Source: a virus (taxonomy: Duplodnaviria; Caudoviricetes). Taken from it: 30,951 nt of DNA. The number at the start of each line of letters is the position of its first letter. Within the stretch, counting starts at the first letter, position 1. The position numbers and the translations under genes are program-made. Positions 1-7,533 of the stretch are shown here, in pieces. The DNA lies in IMG/VR virus record IMGVR_UViG_3300025637_000005, positions 1 to 30,951 of that record. One strand, given 5' to 3'. The notes beneath the pieces are model-generated. The model was not told the origin of the DNA and made no database searches. It saw only the letters and a list, made by a program, of their open reading frames with translations.

Positions 1-127
1 AGTTCCAAACGCCAACTTCAACAAGCCACATTTGTTTTGGTGCCTTCAGTTTAACCATGTCACAAAAGCTTTCGGCAATTGCTTGAACCTGATCTTCAAG
101 GCTTTCATCTTCATTGACAATTAATGA
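1..127. repeat. 127-bp terminal direct repeat, left copy (circular-assembly overlap)
   Basis: 1-127 (agttccaaac...caattaatga) is identical to 30825-30951. Confidence 0.95.
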
Positions 128-220
128 ATGTCTCAAAAATCCTGTACTGTAACAAGTCAAACGATCAGCAACTTCATTGCCTATCAGGTGTTCAACGGTG
201 ATGCTTTGTTTCTTGGCCAT
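1..220 (-). CDS. hypothetical protein, 5' part (84 aa; spans the circular junction and ends at 30790)
   Basis: Hand translation from ATG 220 (RBS AAGGA upstream): MAKKQSITVEHLIGNEVADRLTCYSTGFLRH...VWNSFEPVDGDGDE*, open across the join; missing from the ORF track. Confidence 0.75.
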   Translation of the reverse strand, partial: MAKKQSITVEHLIGNEVADRLTCYSTGFLRHSLIVNEDESLEDQVQAIAESFCDMVKLKAPKQMWLVEVGVWN

Positions 221-229
221 GATATTTCC

Positions 230-1552
230 TTAATTAAATGCGGATTTCTTCGCGTATGTTTTGATGATTTCTTGTTCTGGTACTTCACCAACGTAATTGC
301 TGAACCTTTGCAATGCTAGATTGTCTTTCAAGAATGCGGTTCCAGTTCTGCCATGCCTGTTTTTTCTTACTATCAACTCAGTGATTCCAGCGCGGGCGCT
401 GTGCTGTTCATACACTTCATCACGGTAAATGAATGTTACACTGTCAGCATCTTGTTCAATGCTCCCACTGTCGCGCAGATCAGCAATCAATGGGCGTTTA
501 TCATCACGCCTTTCACAATCCCTATTCAGCTGGCAAAGCAAAACAACAGGGCAATTGATGTCTTTGGCTAGGGCTTTCAATGCTGCTGTGATGTTGCCCA
601 TTTCTTCATTCTTCGATCTTGCACTACGATCTTTAATCAATCCAAGATAATCAATGACAACAAGATCAAGGCTTTGTTTCCTGTGGGCGGCCCTGACCTT
701 AGACTTTATTTCGTTTATTGATTGCCCTGCTGTGTCATCAACCAAGATAGGGCTTGCCAATTTTTTGAGATTAGAACACATAGCATTGAGCTTGTCCAAA
801 TCATCACCATTCAAGTTGCCGTTTCTCAAGTGAGTGTGATTGATGCCAGCTTTAATTGAAGTGTATCTGTCAAACACTTCGCTTTTTGTCATTTCTAAGC
901 TCATGAATAAGCAGCGTGAACCTGCATGACTTGCCCTTATTGCTATATTCAAAGCCAAGGCTGTTTTGCCCATTGCAGGGCGGGCAGCTATAACGATCAA
1001 GTTCCCCGGGTTCAACCCACCAAGCATATTGTCAAAGTCAGTGAAGCCAGTTTGAATCCCTTGAATGCCTTGGTTTTCTATCCTGTGAAGAATCTGGTTC
1101 ACTGAATCCTGTAGAAAGTCAGTCATGTTTTCAACAGATTTGGATGCCCCAACAGTGAACCCAGTGATGGCTTTTTCAGCCTGATCAGCGGCTTGTTCAA
1201 TAGTCAGCTTTTCATTCAATGCAATTTCAACCAACTGATTTGATACTGTCAGCAATTGGGTTTTCTTATTCTCTCGCATCAGAGCCTTGCAATAATCCTT
1301 AATCAGACCAACGCTAAATTCAGACTCATACACATCACGCACATCAGCAAAGCTGGCCCTTGACCCTTGGCGTATTAGTTCATCAACAATGGTGGCAATA
1401 TCACAATGCCCACGGCGTTCAACTATGGCTTCAATGGCAATGAATATGTCAGAGTGAATTCTGTTGCTGAAGTCACTGGCAGTCACGCCAAAGCCTGACA
1501 CAATATAAAAGTTTTGGGTTGCTGACTTTAAAACACAAAGGTCAATAATCAT
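230..1552 (-). CDS. dnaB: replicative DNA helicase, DnaB family
   Basis: Walker A AARPAMGKT, SLEM, VIDYLGL, LCQLNR, DLRDSGSIEQDAD, KNRHG motifs. Confidence 0.96.
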   Translation of the reverse strand: MIIDLCVLKSATQNFYIVSGFGVTASDFSNRIHSDIFIAIEAIVERRGHCDIATIVDELIRQGSRASFADVRDVYESEFSVGLIKDYCKALMRENKKTQLLTVSNQLVEIALNEKLTIEQAADQAEKAITGFTVGASKSVENMTDFLQDSVNQILHRIENQGIQGIQTGFTDFDNMLGGLNPGNLIVIAARPAMGKTALALNIAIRASHAGSRCLFMSLEMTKSEVFDRYTSIKAGINHTHLRNGNLNGDDLDKLNAMCSNLKKLASPILVDDTAGQSINEIKSKVRAAHRKQSLDLVVIDYLGLIKDRSARSKNEEMGNITAALKALAKDINCPVVLLCQLNRDCERRDDKRPLIADLRDSGSIEQDADSVTFIYRDEVYEQHSARAGITELIVRKNRHGRTGTAFLKDNLALQRFSNYVGEVPEQEIIKTYAKKSAFN

Positions 1553-1775
1553 ATTTTATCTCTTTCTTTGAGGATGCATCCCAATCACCAAATAGTTCAG
1601 GCGCTTGTTCTGAGGCTTTTATCATGTAGTATTCTCCCGGATAATGTCTAAGACATCGAGCAGCTTCTTTTCTTATTGCGCTTGAAACTCTCGGTGTTTT
1701 CTTTGGATCTAATAAGGCAATCAGAAACAGCCTTGTACTGTTTACGGCATTTCTCCGTTCATCTGGCATTGTCAT
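1542..1775 (-). CDS. small phage protein (BPSL0761-like)
   Basis: MTMPDER...TPRV...IRKEAARCLRHYP pattern; overlaps the dnaB start. Confidence 0.7.
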   Translation of the reverse strand: MTMPDERRNAVNSTRLFLIALLDPKKTPRVSSAIRKEAARCLRHYPGEYYMIKASEQAPELFGDWDASSKKEIKYDY

Positions 1776-1815
1776 TATTTATCTTCTCCCTGTGCAAGTC
1801 TGTGAGCTTCATTCT

Positions 1816-2049
1816 TTAGAACTGATCCTTTGATAAATATATTTTATCAACTGCATCAACTTCATTGCCTGTTCTTTCTTTGTGAACAGCCGCACCAATG
1901 CTGAGAATCTTTCGGGCTATGGTTCTGTTGATTCCATACCAATCCATAAAGCCTTGAACAGTCATAAAATTTTGCTGTGATTCAAGGTAAAGCTTTTCGT
2001 ATTGGTCTTTGTGCTTTTCTTTTACTGGTGTGATTTTCTTTCTGTGCAT
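1816..2049 (-). CDS. hypothetical protein (possible small DNA-binding protein)
   Basis: 77-aa ORF tightly packed in the operon; FMDWYGINRTIARKIL is HTH-like. Confidence 0.6.
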   Translation of the reverse strand: MHRKKITPVKEKHKDQYEKLYLESQQNFMTVQGFMDWYGINRTIARKILSIGAAVHKERTGNEVDAVDKIYLSKDQF

Positions 2050-2052
2050 TAC

Positions 2053-2847
2053 TCAAACCTGTTCTGTCAATGTTAGCCAAGCTTTAGCGGCTGTTTGTGG
2101 AACTACTCCATTTCCAAGCAATTGAAGTCTGTCAGACCTGTTGGAATACCCATCAACTGTTCGACCCAATCGGGGCTGTGTTCTTGGCCGCTCCCAATGG
2201 TACTGCTGTTGGTCTGGTCTGGATGGGAATCCGGGTACAAGTTCTTCATTATGTTTGGCAAACTGTCTGATGGGTTGCCCTTTTTCCTTTGTGCTTCTGC
2301 TCCCCGGGGGCCTTTGATGTCGCTGACTGTTGGTGTTGGCCATGATAAAGACCCGCTTTCTTTGGTGTGGTGCGCCAACTTCACGCGCTGAGAATATGCC
2401 CCACGCTGTTCTAAAACCATCTTCTGCCAAATCACTGATGACTGTGGAGAGTCCAAGCGAAATGTGGCCTTCGACGTTTTCAAAAAAGCATCTGTTTGGC
2501 TTGATGGCTTGGATATGTTTTCTGATATATGGCCAAAGGTGCCGTTCATCTTCAGCGCCTTTTCTTTTTCCAGCCTGGGAAAAGGGTTGGCAAGGGTATC
2601 CGCCAGTGATAAGGTCAACTTTTCCTGAAAAGATTTCTGATGGGAAGGTTTTAAGATCCGTCCAAATAGGGGCGGGATCCAACTTACCTGATTCCATTTT
2701 CTCAACCAAATTCGCAATGGCGAAGGCTTCGATTTCCACATAAGCGATGACTCGATGCTTGATTCCAGCAATATCAAGTCCCCTTTCGATTCCACCATAT
2801 CCGCTGCAAAAGCTGATGACAGTTGGAAGTTCTTTGGTAGTACCCAC
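2053..2847 (-). CDS. DNA cytosine-5 methyltransferase, alpha-like polypeptide (motifs I-VIII and X)
   Basis: FCSGYGG (I), GGYPCQPFS (IV, catalytic PC), ENVEG (VI), PHQRKRVF (VIII), RLQLLGNGVVP (X); GTG start at 2847 behind RBS AGGGGA; no motif IX in this frame. Confidence 0.9.
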   Translation of the reverse strand: MGTTKELPTVISFCSGYGGIERGLDIAGIKHRVIAYVEIEAFAIANLVEKMESGKLDPAPIWTDLKTFPSEIFSGKVDLITGGYPCQPFSQAGKRKGAEDERHLWPYIRKHIQAIKPNRCFFENVEGHISLGLSTVISDLAEDGFRTAWGIFSAREVGAPHQRKRVFIMANTNSQRHQRPPGSRSTKEKGQPIRQFAKHNEELVPGFPSRPDQQQYHWERPRTQPRLGRTVDGYSNRSDRLQLLGNGVVPQTAAKAWLTLTEQV

Positions 2848-2849
2848 AT
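2103..2849 (-). CDS. overlapping out-of-frame methyltransferase beta-like polypeptide (motif IX)
   Basis: 248 codons open in an alternative frame of the MTase gene; ATG with good RBS; SWPTPTVSDIKG and SPDWVEQLMGIPTGLT (motif IX-like). Confidence 0.8.
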   Translation of the reverse strand: MWVLPKNFQLSSAFAADMVESKGDLILLESSIESSLMWKSKPSPLRIWLRKWNQVSWIPPLFGRILKPSHQKSFQEKLTLSLADTLANPFPRLEKEKALKMNGTFGHISENISKPSSQTDAFLKTSKATFRLDSPQSSVIWQKMVLEQRGAYSQRVKLAHHTKESGSLSWPTPTVSDIKGPRGAEAQRKKGNPSDSLPNIMKNLYPDSHPDQTNSSTIGSGQEHSPDWVEQLMGIPTGLTDFNCLEME

Positions 2850-2863
2850 TTTGTTCCCCTGTA

Positions 2864-3577
2864 TTATGTTGTTTGTTGTACATGATCAAGCAGTTTATCC
2901 AGCTTGTTCTGATTGCATATATAGTCAAAAGTGACCTTCCAGCCGCGATCATTTTTGCCAAGATAGAATTCATTCTCTCTCAGGTGGATTATCATTGCTT
3001 CCCAAACTAGGCGATCATTCAACGCTTTATCTTCATTTATCCTTGCCGATAGGCTTGCACCTCTTTTGCCTCTTAACACTCTTTCAACGTCAACCTTGGG
3101 CACTGGGGTTGATTCAAAGTGAAAGTTCCAAGCCTTGGCAATGTCTTTGATCAACAGCTTATATTTGATCTTATTATTAGTATTATTATTAGTATTATTA
3201 GGATCTCGTGTGAGAGAGGGTTCACCTCTCGTGTGAGAGAGGGGTAAACTCTCGTGTGGGAGATCTTCATTTTGCGTGTTGATCCTTGCCTTATTCGCCA
3301 GCTCATACTGGCAACGTGTTCCAATCTGGCCAGCACTTTTAACAATGTATTTTTTTTCCATTAACAAGCCTGTAATGGTTGAAATGTTTTGTGTCCCCTT
3401 GATACCTGTATATAAACACAGTTGTGTGGCAGATGGCCAAGCCTTATAACCGTTTGATGGGTTTGCAAAGGCAATCAAAACACCAAGCACTTTAAGTTCA
3501 CGCAAGGTCAAAGATTGATCGGCCCAGATTTCCAAGGGGATCATTGAGAAACAACCAGTGATTACTTTTTTTTCCAT
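2864..3577 (-). CDS. phage replication initiator (lambda O-like organisation, N-terminal wHTH)
   Basis: N-terminal KVLGVLIAFA...AWPSATQLCLYTG HTH; central low-complexity linker encoded by iterons; C-terminal GKNDRGWKVTFDYI motif; upstream of dnaB. Confidence 0.85.
   Translation of the reverse strand: MEKKVITGCFSMIPLEIWADQSLTLRELKVLGVLIAFANPSNGYKAWPSATQLCLYTGIKGTQNISTITGLLMEKKYIVKSAGQIGTRCQYELANKARINTQNEDLPHESLPLSHTRGEPSLTRDPNNTNNNTNNKIKYKLLIKDIAKAWNFHFESTPVPKVDVERVLRGKRGASLSARINEDKALNDRLVWEAMIIHLRENEFYLGKNDRGWKVTFDYICNQNKLDKLLDHVQQTT
3171..3263. repeat. putative replication origin: three iterons plus AT-rich tract
   Basis: TCTCGTGTGAGAGAGGG at 3204 and 3227, TCTCGTGTGGGAGA at 3250 (23-bp period); TTATTATTAGTA tandem repeats at 3171-3201. 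Confidence 0.8.
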
Positions 3578-3609
3578 GTTGCCCTGTTCCTGTCAGTTGA
3601 ATGAATTCG

Positions 3610-3638
3610 AATATAGTTCACGTTTATTGATTACACAA
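3610..3638 (-). promoter_or_regulatory. sigma70-like leftward promoter (replication arm)
   Basis: minus strand TTGTGT-17 nt-TATATT, about 33 bp upstream of the initiator ATG. Confidence 0.6.
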
Positions 3639-3672
3639 GAAAAGAATTGAAAAATCTTGTTTTCTGATCACA

Positions 3673-3702
3673 TTGGGATCAATCGCTTCAATAACGTATA
3701 AT
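3673..3702 (+). promoter_or_regulatory. sigma70-like rightward promoter
   Basis: TTGGGA-18 nt-TATAAT upstream of the ORF at 3733. Confidence 0.55.
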
Positions 3703-3732
3703 TGAAAGACACAGCCAAAAGGGTGAAAAATT

Positions 3733-3900
3733 ATGAATGTCGTAGAACTAGTTCCAAAAACAGCGCAAAACTTGCTGGAAGAATTGTTCACTACTTGTTC
3801 AGAATTCGATGGCTTTGTGACTGATATTGAAGTTGTAGGCGCTTTGGCAATGGCCCAAGCTTACTATGCTAACACACTGATTGAATACACAGATGAGTAA
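3733..3900 (+). CDS. hypothetical protein (55 aa)
   Basis: Hand translation MNVVELVPKTAQNLLEELF...LIEYTDE*; RBS AGGGTG; stop overlaps the endolysin start; below the ORF-track cutoff. Confidence 0.65.
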   Translation: MNVVELVPKTAQNLLEELFTTCSEFDGFVTDIEVVGALAMAQAYYANTLIEYTDE

Positions 3901-4255
3901 GTTTTTTAAACCAAGCGAATACGCTTGCCGCTGCGGTTGTGGATTTACTGAAGTTCACCCTGCGACTCTCAGCGCAGCCGATACGATCCGATCATATACG
4001 GGCAAACCGCAAGGCATCAGCTCAGGATGCAGATGCCCAGATCACAACAAGAAGGTTGGCGGCGCAGCGGCAAGCTATCATCTGCCAAGGTTCCACGATG
4101 GCAAGATGGTTGGCTTTGCTTTAGATTTACCCACAGATGAACCTGAAGATTTGTTTGATTTTGTCGTGCATAACTTGCCCGGCATAAGCTGCATTAAGTA
4201 TAAAGATTTCATCCATATTGATTGCCGCCCCAAGCTTTACAGGGCCAATGGATGA
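3893..4255 (+). CDS. endolysin, peptidase M15A family
   Basis: FKPSEYACRCGCG, SSGCRCPDHNKKVGGA, SYHL, ALDL, FIHID zinc-peptidase motifs. Confidence 0.88.
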   Translation: MSKFFKPSEYACRCGCGFTEVHPATLSAADTIRSYTGKPQGISSGCRCPDHNKKVGGAAASYHLPRFHDGKMVGFALDLPTDEPEDLFDFVVHNLPGISCIKYKDFIHIDCRPKLYRANG

Positions 4256-4443
4256 AGATCAACGGTGTAATATATTTACAGTCAACCAATGAATATGCGG
4301 CTTTTATTATTTTGCCCAACGGCAACCGCAAGCATCTTGGTTTTTTTGATGATATTAGGGACGCAGCCCGCGCACGATATAAAGCGGAATTGCAAGTTTA
4401 TTCACAGCGGCCATTCTTAGCTGCAACTAGAAACACAATCTGA
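4252..4443 (+). CDS. stand-alone AP2-domain DNA-binding protein
   Basis: GV...YAAFI...NGNRKHLGFFDDIRDAARARYKAE; ATGA overlap with the endolysin stop. Confidence 0.75.
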   Translation: MKINGVIYLQSTNEYAAFIILPNGNRKHLGFFDDIRDAARARYKAELQVYSQRPFLAATRNTI

Positions 4444-4453
4444 GAATTTTAAA

Positions 4454-4834
4454 ATGTGGAATCTTGCAATCAAAGCTGTGTCTGATCTTGGCACCCAGTT
4501 CTTAAAGAACAGAACAATCAAAGCTGATCAATCATTCAAGATTGAACAAGCCAAGGTTGAGGCGCAGATCAAGATGATCAGCAACAGCGCAGAAACAGAA
4601 AAAGATTATGACCTTGCTGCATTGCATCAAACGCAATACAGTTGGAAAGATGAATTCGCCCTTCTGATTATCACACTTCCTTTCATTGCTTCATTTGTCC
4701 CCGGGCTCCAAGATTACATTGCAACAGGTTTTTCTTATATATCCAACACCCCTGAATGGTATCAAATGGCATTTATGGGCGCGATTGCGGCCAGCCTTGG
4801 CATCAGGTGGGCGTTTAAGTTCAATGGCAAATAA
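4454..4834 (+). CDS. putative holin (3TM/GTA-holin-like)
   Basis: SWKDEFALLIITLPFIASFVP and PEWYQMAFMGAIAASLGIR hydrophobic segments; in the lysis cassette. Confidence 0.7.
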   Translation: MWNLAIKAVSDLGTQFLKNRTIKADQSFKIEQAKVEAQIKMISNSAETEKDYDLAALHQTQYSWKDEFALLIITLPFIASFVPGLQDYIATGFSYISNTPEWYQMAFMGAIAASLGIRWAFKFNGK

Positions 4835-5003
4835 AATGAAGGTTTGCGAAGCAATAGAAATCATATCAAAAACAGATATTGCAGAACCAGTGATCATTGA
4901 TTTGATCAAGAAAACACGCTTGGGTTCACACTTCAGTGAGCTTGATTTAATTAAAATTGAAACAAATGAATTGTTTGTACAACTTGAACAGCTTAATAAA
5001 TAG
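4824..5003 (+). CDS. hypothetical protein
   Basis: 59-aa ORF filling the gap between holin and the next gene; start uncertain (4824 or the next ATG). Confidence 0.5.
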   Translation: MANKMKVCEAIEIISKTDIAEPVIIDLIKKTRLGSHFSELDLIKIETNELFVQLEQLNK

Positions 5004-5011
5004 GATCCTCC

Positions 5012-5302
5012 ATGGCTTCAGTGAACCCACAATTTTCAATTGCCAACGTCATCACTATCATTTTAACCTTTGTTGTGGCTTTGACAGCATTTAACACAGT
5101 TGAAGGGCAGGTTGAAAACAACAAGAAAAGCATTGAAGAAGCCAAGGTTGCGAACAATGAAATGCAACAAAGCGTTCACACACTGACAATTGATGTTGCG
5201 CTTTTGAAGCGTGACGCTGAGAATGCAGCCCAACAGCGCGAAGAAATAAAAGCTAATCAAGCAAAAATTATTGGATTATTACAAGGCAAAAACAGATTAT
5301 GA
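5012..5302 (+). CDS. membrane-anchored coiled-coil protein (lysis accessory; i-spanin/XhlA-like topology)
   Basis: N-terminal TM segment VITIILTFVVALTAF followed by a heptad-rich helix; RBS AGGA. Confidence 0.6.
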   Translation: MASVNPQFSIANVITIILTFVVALTAFNTVEGQVENNKKSIEEAKVANNEMQQSVHTLTIDVALLKRDAENAAQQREEIKANQAKIIGLLQGKNRL

Positions 5303-5345
5303 AAAAACCAAATATTAAAAAATTAAATATTAGAGGTCAATACTA

Positions 5346-6050
5346 ATGGCACAACCAACAGTAATAACGGCAGATTCAGAAACGTATAATCCAACAGCTA
5401 ATAGCGGTGACACTAGATTGTTTTCTAGCGTGTCAATTCCTGCGAACTGTAATACCTTTGTGGTTACACTTGCAGCTGGAACAAGTGAAAGCAGTATTGT
5501 ATGGACAGATGTCACTTTTAATGGTGTAGGTGCCGTAAAGCTCCATCAAATTGATGTTTCTGGTTCTGACACAGACGTGAGATCTACAGTTGCCGCTGTT
5601 TTTGATACATCAAGCATCGGCGCAGTAACCGGCACAATTGAAGGGACGCTTAGTGCATCCACAACAATATCATGCCTCGCTGGGGTAGTATGCACAACTG
5701 GCTATCTTGAAAGCTTTTCAACATCAAATGACAGGCTTGGCAGGAACGGTCAAAATGTTTCATACTCTAACAACTACGAAAACAATATATTGTTGTTGAT
5801 GGGCAGTTTGGATAGGGACCCAGAAACATTTATTGTTAGTGTCGGAACTGAAATATATGTTGACAAGCCAACAGTTCTCACGGCTCCTGTATGCTGGGCA
5901 ATATATCAAGATACAAATGACGGAAACGGTCAAAAAACAATTGCTTATAATGCGGGCTTTGAAGCTGTGGCAGAAATAAGTATGCTAATTTCAAGCCAGA
6001 AAAATCCTTTTGGTTCTTCCAAACGATTAGTTCGTCGCGGTTATGCCTAG
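5346..6050 (+). CDS. beta-rich Ser/Thr/Val protein, possible virion accessory or adhesin
   Basis: RBS GAGGT; composition and the VTFNGV motif resemble surface beta-sandwich domains. Confidence 0.6.
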   Translation: MAQPTVITADSETYNPTANSGDTRLFSSVSIPANCNTFVVTLAAGTSESSIVWTDVTFNGVGAVKLHQIDVSGSDTDVRSTVAAVFDTSSIGAVTGTIEGTLSASTTISCLAGVVCTTGYLESFSTSNDRLGRNGQNVSYSNNYENNILLLMGSLDRDPETFIVSVGTEIYVDKPTVLTAPVCWAIYQDTNDGNGQKTIAYNAGFEAVAEISMLISSQKNPFGSSKRLVRRGYA

Positions 6051-6052
6051 CA

Positions 6053-6418
6053 ATGCCATTGTCACCACCTAGGGCTTGTAAACGCTGCGGTGTTGCAGGA
6101 TGCACCCAGCACAAGCCCCAGAAGGTGTGGCACAGTTCAACAACCCAGACGCGCAACCAATACGGTTCAACCCGGTGGAAGCGCACAAGGGCGGCAGCAC
6201 TGGCAAGGGATGGACACCTTTGCCAAGTTTGCACCACCAGAGGCGTTATAAGCTCCGCTAACATAGTTGATCACATTACCCCACAGCACAAGCAACAATT
6301 CGATTTCTTTGATTTGGCAAACTTACAGGCAATCTGCAAGCCATGCCACGACATCAAGACCGCTGAAGAAGCCAAGCAAGCCAGAGGGCTTAAAGCAAAG
6401 CCTGACTATATCGTGTAA
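6053..6418 (+). CDS. HNH endonuclease, terminase-associated type
   Basis: YGSTRWKRTR...RDGHLCQVC...VDHITP...NLQAICKPCHDIKT. Confidence 0.92.
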   Translation: MPLSPPRACKRCGVAGCTQHKPQKVWHSSTTQTRNQYGSTRWKRTRAAALARDGHLCQVCTTRGVISSANIVDHITPQHKQQFDFFDLANLQAICKPCHDIKTAEEAKQARGLKAKPDYIV

Positions 6419-6458
6419 CAAAACCCTTCTGTTATTCCTTTTTATTCTATAGATTCCC

Positions 6459-6493
6459 TTTACATTTTATTTAATGGGGTACATTATGACCCC
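6459..6493 (+). promoter_or_regulatory. candidate promoter with overlapping inverted repeats
   Basis: TTTACA (6459)-17 nt-CATTAT (6482) after an AT-rich tract; TAATG/CATTA and GGGGT/ACCCC dyads over the -10. Confidence 0.4.
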
Positions 6494-6527
6494 TCAACCC
6501 AACAATCACTTAAAAAAAGGAATACAA

Positions 6528-6701
6528 ATGAATAAATATGAATATATGAATCGAACTGAAGAAGAAATTGAAGATGCGATGGCTGAAGGCGAATTACGTC
6601 AAGAGCGAGAGCTTGAACAATGGTACGAAAATGGTTGCGGTTATGGTTTGAGAGAAGCAGAACAAGAAGATGCTTACAATCGGGATCGAGGAATCTATTA
6701 A
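6528..6701 (+). CDS. small acidic hypothetical protein (57 aa)
   Basis: RBS AAGGA; hand count 17 D/E vs 7 K/R. Confidence 0.7.
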   Translation: MNKYEYMNRTEEEIEDAMAEGELRQERELEQWYENGCGYGLREAEQEDAYNRDRGIY

Positions 6702-6796
6702 TCAATCGGGGCGAAAGCCCCACCATGTTGAGGCGACATACAAGCCTAAACGCATCAATCAATACGTCAATGACGTACAGCACAGGAAGCAACCCA

Positions 6797-7234
6797 ATGG
6801 AATCAATTTATTACGGTCTTGAAGATCTAACAATCCCCAATGATTGGGAAGATATCACTTATCGCTATGACGTTTGTCCGTCATACCTATCAGGCAAATT
6901 TCAAATCTTTTGTGACCATAAAGATGCGGAGCAAAGAGAATGCCCATCATGGAAGCGCTTTCAAGTGATCCAAGTGAATGATGACTTTGAACCAATTGAT
7001 AAAGGCATAGGCTTTGAATCTGAAACAATTGAAGAAGTTCTTTCAATGTTTGAGCGCCTGGGCAATCATGACAACATAACCTTTCTTGAAAGATACATAG
7101 CTTTGTGGGAAATAGCTTGCGACACAGACAATGATTTAGAATCATTAGCAAAGGTATATCTTGGATTCTGTTCAGCCAATGGCTTTCATGGCAGCGCTGA
7201 TGACCTTCTTCAAGAACTTAAAGGCGCATTATGA
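6797..7234 (+). CDS. acidic hypothetical protein (145 aa)
   Basis: RBS CAGGA before ATG 6797; WEDITYRYDVCPSY motif; about 30 D/E vs 11 K/R. Confidence 0.7.
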   Translation: MESIYYGLEDLTIPNDWEDITYRYDVCPSYLSGKFQIFCDHKDAEQRECPSWKRFQVIQVNDDFEPIDKGIGFESETIEEVLSMFERLGNHDNITFLERYIALWEIACDTDNDLESLAKVYLGFCSANGFHGSADDLLQELKGAL

Positions 7235-7533
7235 AAGCAACAAAGAAGGCAATGGCGGTGCATAACACGCAACACCTGATTGATTATGTTGAAGGCATTG
7301 AAGCTAAGTTTGCAACCGCTTCACCATATGCCAAACGGTTGAGACTATCCAACCACAACAGGAACATTGGAATCATCTGCGATGAGATACAGCGGCGACA
7401 GATTGAAGCTATGAAGCAGGGCTTGCCTTATCCTGTGTTCAATGAGACAGGCCCAACCATGCTCATGCAATCGCGCAAGAATGGCAAGGCACACATACAA
7501 TCAAAATGGGATAAATACAATGGGACAATATAA
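7231..7533 (+). CDS. hypothetical protein
   Basis: ATGA overlap with the upstream gene. Confidence 0.65.
   Translation: MKATKKAMAVHNTQHLIDYVEGIEAKFATASPYAKRLRLSNHNRNIGIICDEIQRRQIEAMKQGLPYPVFNETGPTMLMQSRKNGKAHIQSKWDKYNGTI

Noticed and set aside
2850-2973. ORF-track N-terminal extension of the C5 MTase
   Set aside because: Overlaps the initiator gene; motif I and the RBS point to GTG 2847
2095-3010. Plus-strand ORFs antisense to the MTase as a third coding layer
   Set aside because: No motifs recognised; expected shadows of a doubly constrained region
3204-3263. Mini CRISPR array
   Set aside because: Spacers are only 6 bp, the repeats lie inside a CDS and there are no cas genes; iterons explain it
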